Origin: Takakia lepidozioides
Lineage: Eukaryota; Plantae; Bryophyta
Length of the DNA stretch: 64,000 bases
Assembly (NCBI GenBank): GCA_030704615.1
Contig: CM060731.1
Span: 96,100,001-96,164,000 of the forward strand
Direction of reading: 5' to 3'
The position numbers and the translations under genes were made by a program. A model generated the notes under the pieces. The model saw nothing but the letters and a program-made list of their open reading frames with translations. It was not told where the DNA came from and made no database searches. Position 1 is the first letter of the stretch, and each line of letters begins with the position of its first letter. Positions 34,301 through 48,300 of this stretch are shown piece after piece.

Positions 34301-37300
34301 GCTTATACCGGAGCAGTCCATTTTGCAAGTGGAACTGCGATTTAACCCCCATCCTCAAGTCCTGCATTACGGACTTCGCCAGCTCATCCTTCCGGCAAGC
34401 CTTCTGGATCTTCCTTTGGAGCGCCGTCTCGCCCCTGTACACCAACAACAGTTGCTGCTTTCTACTTAAAGCATCGGCCACCACGTTGTCCCGTCCCGGT
34501 TTGTACTGGATATCCACGTCGAACACCGCCAAAGTATCTTGCCACCTAAGTTGTTTTGGGGACAACTTGGGCTGCGTGGCAAAATACTTCACCGTGACAT
34601 TGTCCGTGAACACCTTCACTGGGTTGGAACCAACATAGTGGCGCCAAAGCTCAAGACAGTGCACCACCGCCTTCATCTCTTTCTCGTGCGTCGGCCACCG
34701 TCGCTCCATTTCATTCAGTTTCTTACTGTCGTAAGCCACTGGACGACCATCTTGCATCAGTACACCCCCAATCGCGAAGTCCGACGCATCTGTATGAATC
34801 TCGAACGGACGATTGAACTCCGGGATTTTCAAGACTGGAGCTTCCGCCATCCGCTGCTTCAATGCAGCAAAAGCTTGGCCACAAAAGGTGTTCCATGCCC
34901 AGACTTTGGACTTACACAGAAGGTCTGACAGTGGCCCCGCGATCTTGGCGAAATTTCTCACATACTTCCGGTAATAGGAGGCGAGTCCTAGGAAGGATCG
35001 CACTCCTGGGACCGAAATCGGAGGCTCCCAGTCCAAGATTGCCCTCACCTTCCTGTCATCCATTCTGATCCCAACCTGTGTAATCACATGCCCCATGAAC
35101 TCCACTTTTGTGACCCCAAATTTGCACTTTGAAGCTTTGGCATACAGCCTCCCTTCCCGCAATTTCTAGAACACCCTTTTGAGGTGCTCCAGGTGCTCCT
35201 CCTTTGTTTCGAATACACCAAGATGTCGTTGATGTACACGATCACAAAGTCATCCAACCACTCCTGGAAAAGGCTGTTCATCAGCGTGCTAAAAGTCGCG
35301 GGAGCGTTGGTGAGTCCAAAAGGCATCACCAAGAACTCATATGAACCATATCTTGTCTTGCACGCGGTCTTCTCCTCATCTCCTTCCGCCACTCGAATTT
35401 GATGATAGCCGGAGCGCAGATCGATCCGGCTGAAATACTTCGCTCCTGCCAACCGATCGAAAAGGTCGTCGATCCTTGGCAAAGGGTACCGGTTTTTGAT
35501 AGTCATCTTATTCAAAGCCCTGTAATCGACACACATCCGTAGCGTCCCATCCTTTTTGTCTGCGAATAGCACCGGGGCTCCGTAAGGTGATTTACTCGGC
35601 CGGATGTACCCCTTTGACATTAGATCTTTGAGCTGAGTCTTCAGCTCGACCAACTCTTTGTGGCTCAACCGGTAGGGCACCTTGGCAGGCGGTTCCGATC
35701 CCGGTATCACCTCAATCTTGTGGTCAACTCCTCTTCGCGATGGCAAACCGCTTGGTAAATCCTCCGGCATCACATCCTGGTATTTCTCCAAAATCCCCTT
35801 GATCCAATCTGGGCTCGGCTCCCCATCGCCTTCTCCCTTCACTTCTCTAATATAGAGCAAAAACTGGGGCTCGTGTGCCTCCTCCACGGCCCACTCCCTT
35901 GCTGACAGGAGGTTTATTCACCCTCCCACGGGTTTGGGCGTTTCCGACACTTGTAAGACCTCGCCACCATTCCCACATGGCAGCGTGACTACTCTCTTGC
36001 GGCCATCTATGACCGCTCCGGATTTGCTCAAAAAGGTTATCCCCAAAATGAGATCCACTCCATTGATCTCGCAGATGGTGAAGTTCTCACGTCCCTCCCA
36101 ACTCCCCAGTTGAAGAGGAACATCAAACGCCAACCTTGTCGCCAATTGCGGTTCTCCTTTGGCAGAACGCACCTCAATAGAGGCCCCCACGTCCCTTGTC
36201 GGGAGTCCCAGCTTTTGTGCCGTTGCCGGTGTCATGAAGGAGTGCAACGCTCCTGTGTCCACCAACAACGACATGTTAGTTCCGGATATTATCCCATCCA
36301 CCAACAATAACTGACTCCCTTTACGTAAGGCACCAGTTTCCTGATACAACTCACAAGAAAATTTGCCTACCTTGCAAGTCCTGGCGACCACCGCTTCCAC
36401 CAAGCGACTGATGATATCTTCCGACAGCTCTGTGGTCGCCCGAGTCATGTTCAATTGCCGGGGCTTCGTGCACTTCTTGGCCATGTTCCCGGGCTCCCCG
36501 CAATTGAAACACACTCCATCAAAGGTCGCATTTTGTCCGCCATAGGCCGCTCCACCCGCTTTTCCTTTCGAAGCACCGGGTGCCGCCTTGACTTGTGAAG
36601 GCCCTCCCTTTGATTTCCACGTGCCATTGTCGCCGCGTGGCCTATCCCACTTCTTTTCCGGTCAGAAGGAGTCAACTTCCCTCCGGGGCTTCTTGTGGTT
36701 CAGCTCCGTACGGCCTTGTCTTTCACCCTTAGGGACATCCGAGAAACATTCAGCCCTCTCAATTGCCACGTTCAAAGTCTTAGGTGGCTTCTCCTCCAAC
36801 TTCTGCCTGGCCCGTGGGGCCAGTCCCGCCACAAAGTTGAAGACCATTTCAGGTTCTGCCATGTCCGCGACTTCGAGCAACAACACATTGAAGGCTTGGA
36901 CATATCCCCGAATGTCATCTGTTTGCTTCAAATTCCTCATCTTGTCTCGGGCGAGCCAGGACGCGTTGAGGGGCACAAACTGCCTCTTCATCAATTCCTT
37001 GAACCCACTCCAGTTCAAGGTTTCCGGGCTTGGACCTCGGTCATGAAGGCGTTTCTGCCACCATTGTTGAGCATAGCCCCTCAAATAGGTGGGAGCCACT
37101 TCCACCCGATCCTCGTCACTGAACTTGGCCGCCCGGAAGTACTGCTCTAGCCCCAAGAGCCAGGTGTTGAGTGCCTTCCGATTTTCGGACGCCCTCGAAG
37201 GTGCCGGGTTCCTTAGGCTTCACCTTAAACTTTGCCTTAGTGGAAGTGGCATTAGCCGCCTTCAACACGTCTTTCAACATCCCGCCAAATTGCGCCAACA

Positions 37301-38307
37301 ACCCTTCCCAAAAGGCTGCCGGCATGGGAGGCATCTGTTGGTCGGTCGGAGCTCTCAGGGATTCCTCAGGCTCTGACTCCTCAGATTCCTCCCGCTCTTG
37401 AGCGGCCGCGTTTTCGGAAACATGCATCGCTTCCTCAAACGGCCGCCTCGGTGACACGTCGCCAACGGGCTCACCTGGATCATCATCTTTTGGGCCGTTC
37501 CGCTTTCGCTTTGGCTTGCCCGACCCCATGATGAGGCCAATCCCAAGGACGATCGCGTACTGAACTCTAAGCTCTGATACCAAGTGTCGCGCACCTCACT
37601 TCAATAAGCCCCCCCCCCCCCCCCCCAAGTCATAGTTACTCGCTTGATGCGCGTGCCTAACTCCCAACCTGGCTGCCGGGCCAACTTGGAGCTCCTGCTG
37701 CTCACCGGGGCATAACAGTCCCCCTTTGATCTCCCAAAGAACCCTCCAACGCTTTGGAACCAGCGGAATTCCCTTTGGTCCGGAACAGCTCCCCACTCTT
37801 TGGTCGCTTTCCGGTTCGCTCGCTTACTCATTAGTTTTTGGGCACCAACGGGCTTGCACCGTTCTCGGGGTTACTACTCCCTATATATACTTATGTAGCT
37901 GTCCGCCGGGGTTTCACAAACAACCATGCCATTTTATGGCGAACCACCACGAATACCCTCGACTCCCGGTGATGAGTCGCGGTGAGTCTTGGCCCACCCA
38001 CCACGGCCCCTATGGACCGTGATGAGTCCCAAGACTCCCCACGACTCCCACCACGAGGTCTCCGCCCCAGGGTGAGTCCTATGTCACCCCCACTAAGTCC
38101 CGCTAAGCTACCACCACCCCTTGTGGAGCCACCCCCACCGCAACCCGGTGTGCGGGGCTCCACCTAGTGAGCGCCTCCGCCTCCTTGAGTGCTTTGGGCA
38201 CTCAAGGGTGCTTCAGCCCCCCATACCTATCGCTGCCACTGCCCCCACCAGAGGGGCAGCCCCTCTTGTGTCCCGACCCCTTGCCCTCAAGGCAAAGGGC
38301 CGCGACA
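31339..38307 (-). mobile_element. Full-length chromovirus copy A2
   Basis: LTRs at 37585-38307 (5') and 31339-32062 (3'); TSD CAATT (31334-31338 / 38308-38312); PBS at 37571-37582. The LTR pair is more diverged than in A1. Confidence 0.96.
32970..37529 (-). pseudogene. gag-pol of A2 with CGA>TGA stops and frameshifts
   Basis: Collinear with A1. RT YIDD is mutated to YIND; the RH-INT-chromodomain stretch (730 aa) is open. Confidence 0.92.
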
Positions 38308-39506
38308 CAATTGGTGTTGCTGTTACTACACCACAACAAATACCTTTTAAACAACTTAGGCCTTCCAGTTGCATTTCTGCAACCTGCTCCCACTCTGGGT
38401 GTGCAGCAAACAGGGTAGCTTCCTGCTCCTCATCAAGTCCTTTTCTCCAGTCATACTCTCTGACTCCTTGAGGTCTTCTCACAGCAGGTAGTCTACTAGA
38501 TTTCTTAGTGGTGATTTGTATCTTGCGCTTCCCATTATGCACAGTTAGTAACTGGGAACTCCAGTCATGGAATACCCTGGCCTGTTTCAGCCATGGTCGA
38601 CCCAACAATAAGGAGTAAGCTTCCATGACATCATCCATTTTCAATACAGTCACTGTGATTTTAAAGATCATCTTTTGAATCTGTATCTTAACTCCTCTTA
38701 TCAAGCCTAATGGCTGAACACTTCTTTGATCCGCCATTGTTAGTGTGAATGGGGCTGGTTTCATGTTACTTAGACCAAGCTTCTGCCTTAATTGGTCTGT
38801 CATGATATTCACTCCAGAGCCTCCATCTATCAGTACATCAGTCAAGTCTGTGCTTCCAATTCTCAATTGGATTACTGGCATAGAATCATCAAAGTCCATG
38901 ACTGTTTCTCGCCCTTCTGGCTTCACAGAATAGCTTGTCACCTTGCTGTTCAGGTTTGTGTTCCCTGTCACATGGGCAATCTGATTGATTGCTTGATACA
39001 GCCTGTGCCTACAATGAGGTGCCACAGCCAATAGCTGTCCAATGGTAATCTCCGCTTTGGACTGGCATATTACTTCAGCCAAAGTCCCTTCATTACCCTG
39101 CACTTGTGCAGCTTCTTTCTTCACTTCATCTTCTCTTTCAGAATCAGAGGAATCTGCCATAGGGATATCAGTACTCTTCTGCATTTCCCTTATGGTATCA
39201 GCCACTTCCTTGTGCAGTTCCTTCTCATCTCTCCAAGCCTCATCATCTTCAGGCACATCACTGCCATCTTCATTATCATCATCATCCTCATCTACTGGAG
39301 GTATTAGTTTAGCTTTGCTTCTGGTTACTATCATCGTACTCACTTCTGGTACAAAACATGGCCTAACCATGTGAGCTGCCACCACTGGGCCCTCATTCAC
39401 AGGAGCTCTTATCTCATTCTGGTGTCTGATCCAAAATGAACAGGCTGCCTTGCGATGTCATGCCTGATTACAATAGTAACACAGTTCTTCACCAGTGGGT
39501 CCTCGC

Positions 39507-42500
39507 GAGGTTTGCTATTTCATGAGCATGAGCGGCATGAGCGGCATGAGCGGAGTAGTAAGACAATCGGTTTTCATGAGCAGAAGTACAAATTTCGAAA
39601 ATAAAAAACAATAAAAACAATATTTTAATGCAATGTGTCAGGAAAAACAAATATATTATTCGGCCCCTTGAAGGGAAACTTGCAGTTTTGACAGTTGTGC
39701 TCATGATATTTCGTCTTCCGCTCATGCCAATTCCCAGCGACATGTGCAAATATGGCGCCGAATTTCGCGGTAATAGGGTCCGTAACTTGAAAAAACGGCG
39801 ACGTATTTCGCGGTAATAGGTCTCTCTGGCGAAAAATGGTGCCGAATTCCGCGGCTATAGGTCCCCTCATGACAGGTAATTCGGCACCATTTTTCTAGTG
39901 CATGTTCGGACTTAGCCAGTTTTCGGCGCAAAATAGGAAAATTCGGCGCCATTTTTCCAGACACTGTACCAGTGCATGTTGGGACTTAGCCAGTTTTCGG
40001 CCCAAAAAAGAGAAATTCGGCGCCATTTTTCCAGACACGGTACCAGTGCATGTTGGGACTTAGCCAGTTTTCGGCCCAAAAAAGAGAAATTCGGCACCAT
40101 TTTCCCAGACACAGGTACCAGTGCATGTTGGGACTTAGCCAGTTTTCGGCCCCAAAAAGAGAAATTCGGCGCCATTTTTCCAGAAATGGCCCCACAACTG
40201 CTTCTGTTGGATCTCAGTTTGAATGGAATATTGCCTCATTCCAGGAGTTTTGGGGTGCATTTCATTACACTGCAAAAAAAAGTCTGATACAGCAAAATGC
40301 AATTGAAAATATCCATATGGAGGATTCCCTTTGCCCCATCAATGATTTCTGGAATCCCTAAGGAGGAGTTTGTGCAGCTCGTTCACGCTCAACGCCGGTG
40401 CATGAATAAAGTCATCAATAGTCACGTTCATCCTCAACCTCTTCAGGTAAATGTAATACAGATGCTTGCACGGATAATACTTCGAACCCTTCTTTGCTTC
40501 CATCAACGAGAAGTCCGTACAATTGCAAGTCGGCTCCACTCCAATCGTAATTGTGTATACATCGTCGCGTACAACCGAGCCGGCCGTTGCCATCCGATAC
40601 ACACGCCCAAGGCCGGGTGGGGGTACGTCCACGGAGCTCTGAATAGTGCAAGCCATCCCAAGAGCATTGGCAATCCGAGTCTCATTCAACTTGTTGGGAG
40701 GGTGTCGTCTCTTCACTCTTCCGAATCGCATTGTGGGATGTGCAGAATTGTCCAATCCGTCTCTACTGGACCGAGCAGTCTGCAATGGCTGGGTCTGAGG
40801 AACCGGAAATGCGTGGGCCGGGATGTCTGTGCGTTGCACCATTCGAAATCCTGCTGCAGATAGAGCATCCGCCTCATTCTGAGAGAGACTGCAACCCGGT
40901 GCAACAGGCCAGACGCCCGGAGGCTCCGGCATTCCCTGAATCCCGTACTTGGGCTTGCCAAATACACAGGTCATTATGTCGTGCCTACAGAACCAAAATG
41001 TTTGCGTTGTGGCGTGAGCAAATGTGGGAGTCAAAAATCTGCCGCTGAAATAAGGTGCAGGTACTGCACCGTGTGGGTTCCTCCGAATCATCTCACCACA
41101 GCGTGCTCTCGTATCCACCCGGATGGCGCAGCACTTCCCTTGAAATGCCGGCAATGTCCTCACAATTCTCCACTGTGACTCCGACACTCTTGTCTCCACA
41201 ATGGGAATGTTGTATTGCTTTACTACAGATGGCTCGTTATGTTGCCGGGGCACGCGCCTTGTGCTCGAAGGAGATGGCGATCTTGAACGTGCAGGACTTG
41301 CGGTGCTCGACGAGACCTCCTCGAGCAACATCACCGGACCACGAGGGAGCGTGCGAATATTCTTGTCAGCTCGCCATGAATCCTCTTCTCCGCCAGGTGC
41401 CTCGTCAAGTCTTCGTCTCACTGGACGGGTATGAACATCTCCTTCCAAATGTTGGCATCTTCGCAGCAATGGCGTGTCCCGAAGGCCCTCTCGCAAGGCC
41501 GCCGCCCACTTCCAAGGATTCTTCAATCTAGAGGCAGTCCGCATCAGCATTTCCTGCCTGTCCGGCCCCAAGCCCCACTGTTTCCCTTTCAAGAACTCGT
41601 TGTACCTGCATTGCTGCATAATTGACCTCACAATGTCCTCCGTTGTGGCAGTGAGGATGTCCACCAGATGCGCCGCAGAGGAGGCACGTCAGGAAGAGTG
41701 CACTGATTCGGCCATGTTTGTCGTGGGCATGTCGGTGTTGGAGTCGAGACACATTTCCTGCACAAGCACATGTTGAGGTTACAAGCAAGTTACAAATATG
41801 GCCAAGAATAATATTCAACGGGACGCGAATTCGTGCAACTCACCTCCCGCATATAGTCGCCGAACTGGAGGAAACGATAATGCCACCATGCTAGCCAACT
41901 GACCATTGCTCCCTCGTCTGATTCCTTACAGCACCTGACGATGTCCACCAAGCCCGTATGCATGCAAACTGTGTCTCTGCATCATCCAAGGTGGGAGCGC
42001 GCTTCCACGCAAGGCACATGGAACGGTGCTCCTATCTGAAATCTGGCGCCATGAGCCTGGTTGTGTACTGCGAAAGGCTCTGCAGAAAATGGAACCCACA
42101 AGATCTCTCCTTGCCTTCCATGGGAACATTGGGGTCTTGCCCGTACACCCTTCGGATGGCAGCCCAATTTGCTTGTGCATTGTCCGCCATGAAACCACGG
42201 AAATTGGGAGGGGGCAATCCCGCCTTGGCCATCTGTTCGTTTATTCCCTGCCAAAGAAGCATCTCCGATTGTGTGTCCTCTCCTTTCATCTCACAAATAG
42301 CAATTGTCATTAGCATCCTGCAGTGGGTGTCGTAGACATGTGCACCCATTGTCACCCACTGGTGATTTGTAATTCGCTTGATATGGTCGAACATGACCCA
42401 ACTGTTTGACAAGTTCCCACTCGTCATCCTGTCGACCAGTTCGACGCCGCTGCCAGGTCTACACGTGGACATTTTGAATACGAAACAACGATCTGCCTTA

Positions 42501-43183
42501 GTCCCTTGTCCTGGAAACCTACTTCCATGAATGTAGTCATATCCACATCGTCACTTCACCTCCAGAATGGAGTGCATATCCGAGCCACGCCCAATTTTCT
42601 ATTTGCATGAGACAATGTGGTTTCGGACATTCGGTGAACATACATGGGACACCGACTCCAGCAATGCCTCCATTTCCTTCTCGTCGAGAGGAACTCTATC
42701 GGAGCCGTCTTCCGACATAATTCTAGCCAATGCCATCTTATGGGCGGCTTGGAGCTGTATCTGTTTGGGTTTGGCACCCGGTCTCAACTTAACCTCCTCC
42801 TGAACGAGCTGCTCTGCTTCGTGGGCAGCCTCTCGCGAGTTCCCCCTCGCCAATTTGTGACAATGGGAACCAACGTGTATGCAAGCTCGGGTGAGGTCAG
42901 GGAAACGGTGCAACACATAGAACTGCTTGGCATTACAAATAGACATGCAGTGTGGTGGTTCTTTGCAATGCGCACACTTAAATGTGGAGTTCGGAACCTT
43001 CTCCTGAGCTCGAAATGGTTGGTGAGCTGTGCCTGTCCAATCGGTCTCGTTCCTGTGACCTCTGGATTTAAAGTGGAAGCAAGTTGGGGAGAAACACCGC
43101 AACGCGCCCGCACAAACAACGTAGTGCACCCGCACACCATCGAGCATCTTCATGCTGGTGGTTTTGGTAACGCACCAAGGATG
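39507..43183 (-). mobile_element. Second, truncated M2 copy (right TIR, subterminal repeats, 3' part of transposase)
   Basis: Near-identical inverted copy of about 27649-31244. Transposase pseudogene at 40339-43183 with stops at 42032, about 42551 and 42599, and an intron at 41758-41843. Cut in the DGH|PWC motif by a family-B LTR. Confidence 0.93.
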
Positions 43184-45368
43184 TGTAGTGTGAAAAGAAG
43201 GGGCGTGAATCCCCTTCTGTATAATTCTAATTGTGCTCCCCTCCATTGATTGCGGAGCAAGAGGAAAGAAGCGTTCTTTCTAATCTGTCCAACTGTCGTC
43301 ACTTGGCTGTGGGTTTCCCTTAGCTCCTCCGTGATCAGAGTTCAAGCAATCCTCATCCACGCCGCAGCGGAAGGGAAGACATGGATGGGGAGTCAATTTG
43401 TTGTTCACTCTTGGTTCTACCTTTTACACAACATCCCCTATCAGCAGGTACAGCACCAGCTATGCTGGTGCGATGTATTCAGTGATGCAAATCAGCCCAA
43501 TGGCAGCGGTGAACACGATCCTTTATGTGAAGCCCACTTGAGCAGTGACAGGTCAAAAATCCCCTTTTTGTAGTGGTGACACAGATTTAGGAGGAGGCAG
43601 CTCAGATCTTCATGGTCTGCAGTGGCACTGGTTTCTTTCAGGTTTTCTTCATCTTATCTCCCCAAATTGGCCAAACCCCCCCTTCCAACAGCCCTTTTGA
43701 TTTGCAGCTCTCTCCTCACCCAAATCCCATTTTTCACTCTCTCTCTTTCTTTTTCCTTTTTGTCTGTTTCACTATCTCTGTCTATGTCCCCAGGTTCCCC
43801 ACTATTTCACAGCAGCAGATCTGTCATGTAATGTGAATGCACACGCTGCTAGGCATCCAGTGCGGCCAGCCTTGAAGTCATCCTCGGTCTCTCAAGACAC
43901 AACCATCCCATCCATCAGTCTCTCTCTCTTTCTCTCTCTCTTGTCCCTTTTTCCAATGACCCATCGCTCAAACAGCTCTCATCTCTTTTGTCAGACTTCA
44001 ACCCAAATACCCCAACATCCCTCTTTTCCCTTCAACTGTGGAACACAGTTGTTCAGATCCTGATCCCATAGTGAAATCACCTTATCCTTTCCATGTTTTT
44101 TTGCAACTCCAGCTAACCATCATTGATCTCTCCAAACAAACAAGCCAGATCTACATTGGTTCCAGGTTATCACTACACACGGCAGCATGGTGTCCAGGTT
44201 TATGACACTGAATCAAAATGCAAGAATGAAGACAACAGTGACCATTCTGAATTCAGTGACGAACAGGCTCTCTCTTTCTCTCTCTCTTCACTTATTTCTC
44301 TCACTGTCATCACAACATCAGGTGCATCCATCCTTTCCACGTTCTGGTCTGAAGTCCAGAGTCTCCATTCCCATTTCAAAAACTTTTTCTTGTCACATGT
44401 CTCTACCTTTTCTCTTCTGCCAAGATGGCAGTCCTAAATCTACCAAAGCAATTTCTAAGTCTTGGCAAAAAGAAGCCTCTGTTCATCGACTTATCTGTTT
44501 TTATCCACTAGTGAAGCGGCGGGTCTGCCTGTCAAGGTGGCACCTTGCCATCGCCCGTCAGCAGCCACTTCAACCCTTTCTCTTTGTCTTGATTCCAGAC
44601 CTTATGACGCCATGATGGCTCCCCTTCTTCACTTGGACCATCCTGTGGCCTGACAACCAGATTACGCTATGCAATTCTTCCTCTCGAATTGGCCTGGTCC
44701 TATAACAAGGAGACACAAAGCAGCTAGAAGCTTAATGACAGAGAACCTGAGATACCATACAGCCAGAACTCCACATGCTTTACCTCCCCCCCATTGATTG
44801 TGTCCAGACTCTCTTCCCTGTGCTTTCAGCAGCTGGCCTTTTCCTTGCTTGCTCATCTGCCCATAACTATCATCTTCAAGGCACTGGCGGCAGTGGTGGT
44901 GCGCCGCTTTCCTTACATGCTTCTATCTCTTGGAATTGATCATCACTACGAGAGAGGCGGCACCGCTTCTTTCTACACAGAATACCAAGCAGAGGCGTCT
45001 TAATGCCGCTTCCTAAGCCAAGCAAGATCCCACCGCGCAGGTACAACCTCCTAACACAGGCTGCCCTGCCGACACCACTGCTTGCAACAGCCGCTACGAG
45101 CCATCCGTCATCTTCCTCTTCGTTTTTCTCAACCCGCGATCTTTTAGGTCAAGAACCAGTGATGAAAACGTTCATCGCATGGATGAAAATGTGTACCGTC
45201 ATGACTTAGCCATTTTCTCCTGGCAAAGCATAAGTTCAGTGCGCTCATGAAATTACCTCATGAAGGGATACATCCTTTCTGCAGTTGGGATGACGGGCAC
45301 TCCGTCATAGTGATGTAGGTCGTAATGGTAAACATATGTAATGTTCTGTCCCCTGCATTCACACTACA
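43184..45368 (-). repeat. 3' LTR of family B (2185 bp)
   Basis: 11-bp terminal inverted repeat TGTAGTGTGAA…TTCACACTACA, with the PPT just outside. Confidence 0.88.
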
Positions 45369-45388
45369 TATGTAGTGTGTCTCCCTTT

Positions 45389-48300
45389 TTAAGTGTCAGG
45401 GTCCTCACTGACCACCTTCACTAGCTGATCACACACTGGTGGTACGAAGGGTTTCAAGTCCCTCCTACTTCTTGTCCATTCCTTGTTTGCCCCATCTCTT
45501 AGCCTGCATCTGCGTGCAGCTTCCCCTGTCCTTGTGGTGTTTCCTGCATCTTTGTACCCCAAAAAGTCATAAGGTCCCTCCCATGGAGATGTCATGGAAG
45601 ATCTCTTTCCAGGCCTCAACATCATAACCTTGCTGTTTTCCATCAACTTGCAGTAGGTATGCCCAGTTTGATGCCTCCTTTCATAATCCCTTGCCTGCTG
45701 CCGCTGCCCTTTCTTCACACTTTTTCGCAGCTTTGCCTTCATCTCTGTGAGAAGCTGGATTTTCTGCTGCATCATAAGTGTGACCTCTGCTACAGATCCA
45801 TCAGAATTTACTGGTGTTGTAAGAAAATGCAACCTGTTGTCAATTCCCAGCCTTGGAATTCTACCAGTAAGTACCTAAAAAGGTGAGAATCCAGTGGAAG
45901 CATGGACACCCATTCTGTAACCAAACAGGGCCTTATAGAGATTCTGATCCCATTCAGTGTCGTTTCCAACTCCTAGGGTGGTGATGCTCTGTTTGAGAGA
46001 CTTAATGACCCTTTCCACCATACCGTTACACTGAGGCCAGTAGGGGGCGCTATGCTCCCTCTTTATACCGTATTCGTGGCATGTATCTTCAAACTCACCT
46101 CCCCACTCTGTGCCATTGTCAGTGAGCAACGTATGTGGGCAGCTATACCTGTCAATTACTTCTTCCTCAAGAAAGCGGGCAGCAAGGGCTGCTGTATGAT
46201 CTGCCACTGGTGCAGCTTCTATCCATTTTGAGAAGTGATCGATTGCCACCAGAAAGTACTGATTGCCCCTGCTGGTTATAGGTAATGGTCCTGCCGTGTC
46301 AATTGCAACTCTGAAAAACAGATCTACTACTGGAATGCTGTGAAGTTTTGAGCTACCTGAGCGCAACACTCCGTTCTGTTTGGCCATCTGACATTTACCA
46401 TAGCCCTTGAGAACTTTCCTGATGAGTTTTGTTCTATCATGCCAGAAATAATGTCGGCATATCTCCTCTTGAGTTCTTCTGACTCCAAAGTGGCCAGTGG
46501 CTTCATGTACTTCACTGATTATTGCCCCTCTATCAGTTCTTGGTGGAACTACCCTTCCATCAAAGTAGACCTCACCTTTGAGATAGGAGTACTGCCTTGC
46601 CCGCCTCTTGGCTCTCGTGCTCTCCTCTTTTGTCAGGTAGTCATTGACTTCTCCAAAACATAAGAGGTGCATGACTTCCACATCATCAAGCACATCAGGT
46701 TGCCTTTCCTCCTTAACAGCTGCTGTATGCTGGTCAGAGCTGATGAGAGAGCTTTTCCCCCATCTTTCAGCCTCACGTAATAATGACATCTGAGTAGCTT
46801 TGGTGGGTGCGGTCCATGGTACCCAGTCCCCTTCATCAATCTTGTTGCAAGAAGAAGTGTCTGGTTCTGAACCACTTGTTCCATCACTGTCTGAAGAACA
46901 AAACGTCTTGGTGGAACACTCACCCCCCATGTTTTCCTTGGCTGGGCATTCTGATGAGGAAGTCACCCGCGTTCTTCTTGTAGTTGGAGTGCTTGTCAAG
47001 TCTTGAAGGAATGGTGTCTCTTGCAAGCTTCCCTTTTCATTGTTCGATCTCTCTTCCACAAGTTCACAGGCTGGATGTACCTCGCTCAGCTCCTTATCAC
47101 GAGCACGAGATCCTCGGGTAATACATGGATGGTGGGACAAGAGGGCATCAGATGCTCCCTTTCCTTGTTGCTGATTGCAGTAGCCTCTTTCCTTCCTGCA
47201 CCCTTATCCTTCCAAATACCCTCCCTTACCAGATTGACAGAGCTTGATTGATCAATACCCTTTCCTTGTTTTTTTGTAGCAAAAGTCTGTGCAGCAAAAG
47301 TCACCCTCTTTCCTTCTCCATCTGGCATTATGCCTGGTTTCAGTTCTCCCTTCAATATGCCATGATCCTTGGTCAACATTCTACCTGTGGAAGGTCTTAC
47401 TATGCCCGGAACGAACTCAAATGAAAAGTCACCAAGTAAGTCTATGCCTATGTGGTGCTCTGAGTACAGCCACCAATATGGATCTAGATCTGTTTCCAAA
47501 GAAAAATGACTTCCCAACAGTATTTTCTTGAAGTGCCAAAGGCCCCATACACATGCATAGTACTCTTCTCTTTTGCAAATCATCTCCCCTTTTTCACTGC
47601 TATACCCTACTTGCCTATGAGCTTCTTCTCTCAACTCCTCCTTACCCTCCTTAAATTGAAATAACGAAGCATTGATGGCACCCCTATCCCAAGCTAGCTT
47701 AAGAAGATAGGCTCCATCCCTCTTTCTCCCTTCTCTTTTCTGACTGTACAGAGAAGTAGAGTATACCTCGATTTCCTCGGTTTCCTCAGCTGGTCCCACT
47801 GGATACCTGCTTAGTGCATCTACGTTAGCATGCCTAGCACCTGCTCTGTGAACAATTTTAAACTCAAAATCTTGTAACATCATGATCCATCTACCCCTGC
47901 GTCCATATGCGTCACTTACCGTTGCCAACCACTCCAGTGGTTTGTGATCAGTCCTGATTACAAAAGGGGTTCCATACAGGTACTGCCGAAAGTGTAATAC
48001 TCCCCACACCAGGGCATAGCATTCACCTTCCATAGGGTGATATTTGCGCTGAGCATCAGATAGTACCTTACTGGCGTATGCAATGACCCTCTCCTTTTTA
48101 TACTCCTTTTGTGACAAGACTGCCCCTACTCCTTTGATGGACCAATCAACATCCAAGACGAATGGTCTTGAGAAATCTGGTCTTGCCAGGATGGGAGCAG
48201 TTACCAACTTCACCTGTAAGGCAGAAAAGGCGTTTTGTGCCTCTGCACTCCAGATAAACTTCACATCTTTTTTGGTTAGAGTGAACAACGGTACTGCCAC

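Larger units (their letters stand above)
31245..39506 (-). mobile_element. Family-C gypsy gag/protease fragment (31245-31338 + 38308-39506), interrupted by A2
   Basis: Aligns with about 54373-55676; LIDGGSG protease and a CYYCNQ knuckle. Confidence 0.9.

Noticed and set aside
38213-39400. 395-aa ORF as an independent gene
   Set aside because: It is a family-C gag/protease fragment reading into the inserted A2 LTR.
43250-43573. Duplicated 107-aa 'gene' (also 52011-52334)
   Set aside because: An antisense ORF within the paired LTRs; the identity reflects LTR duplication.
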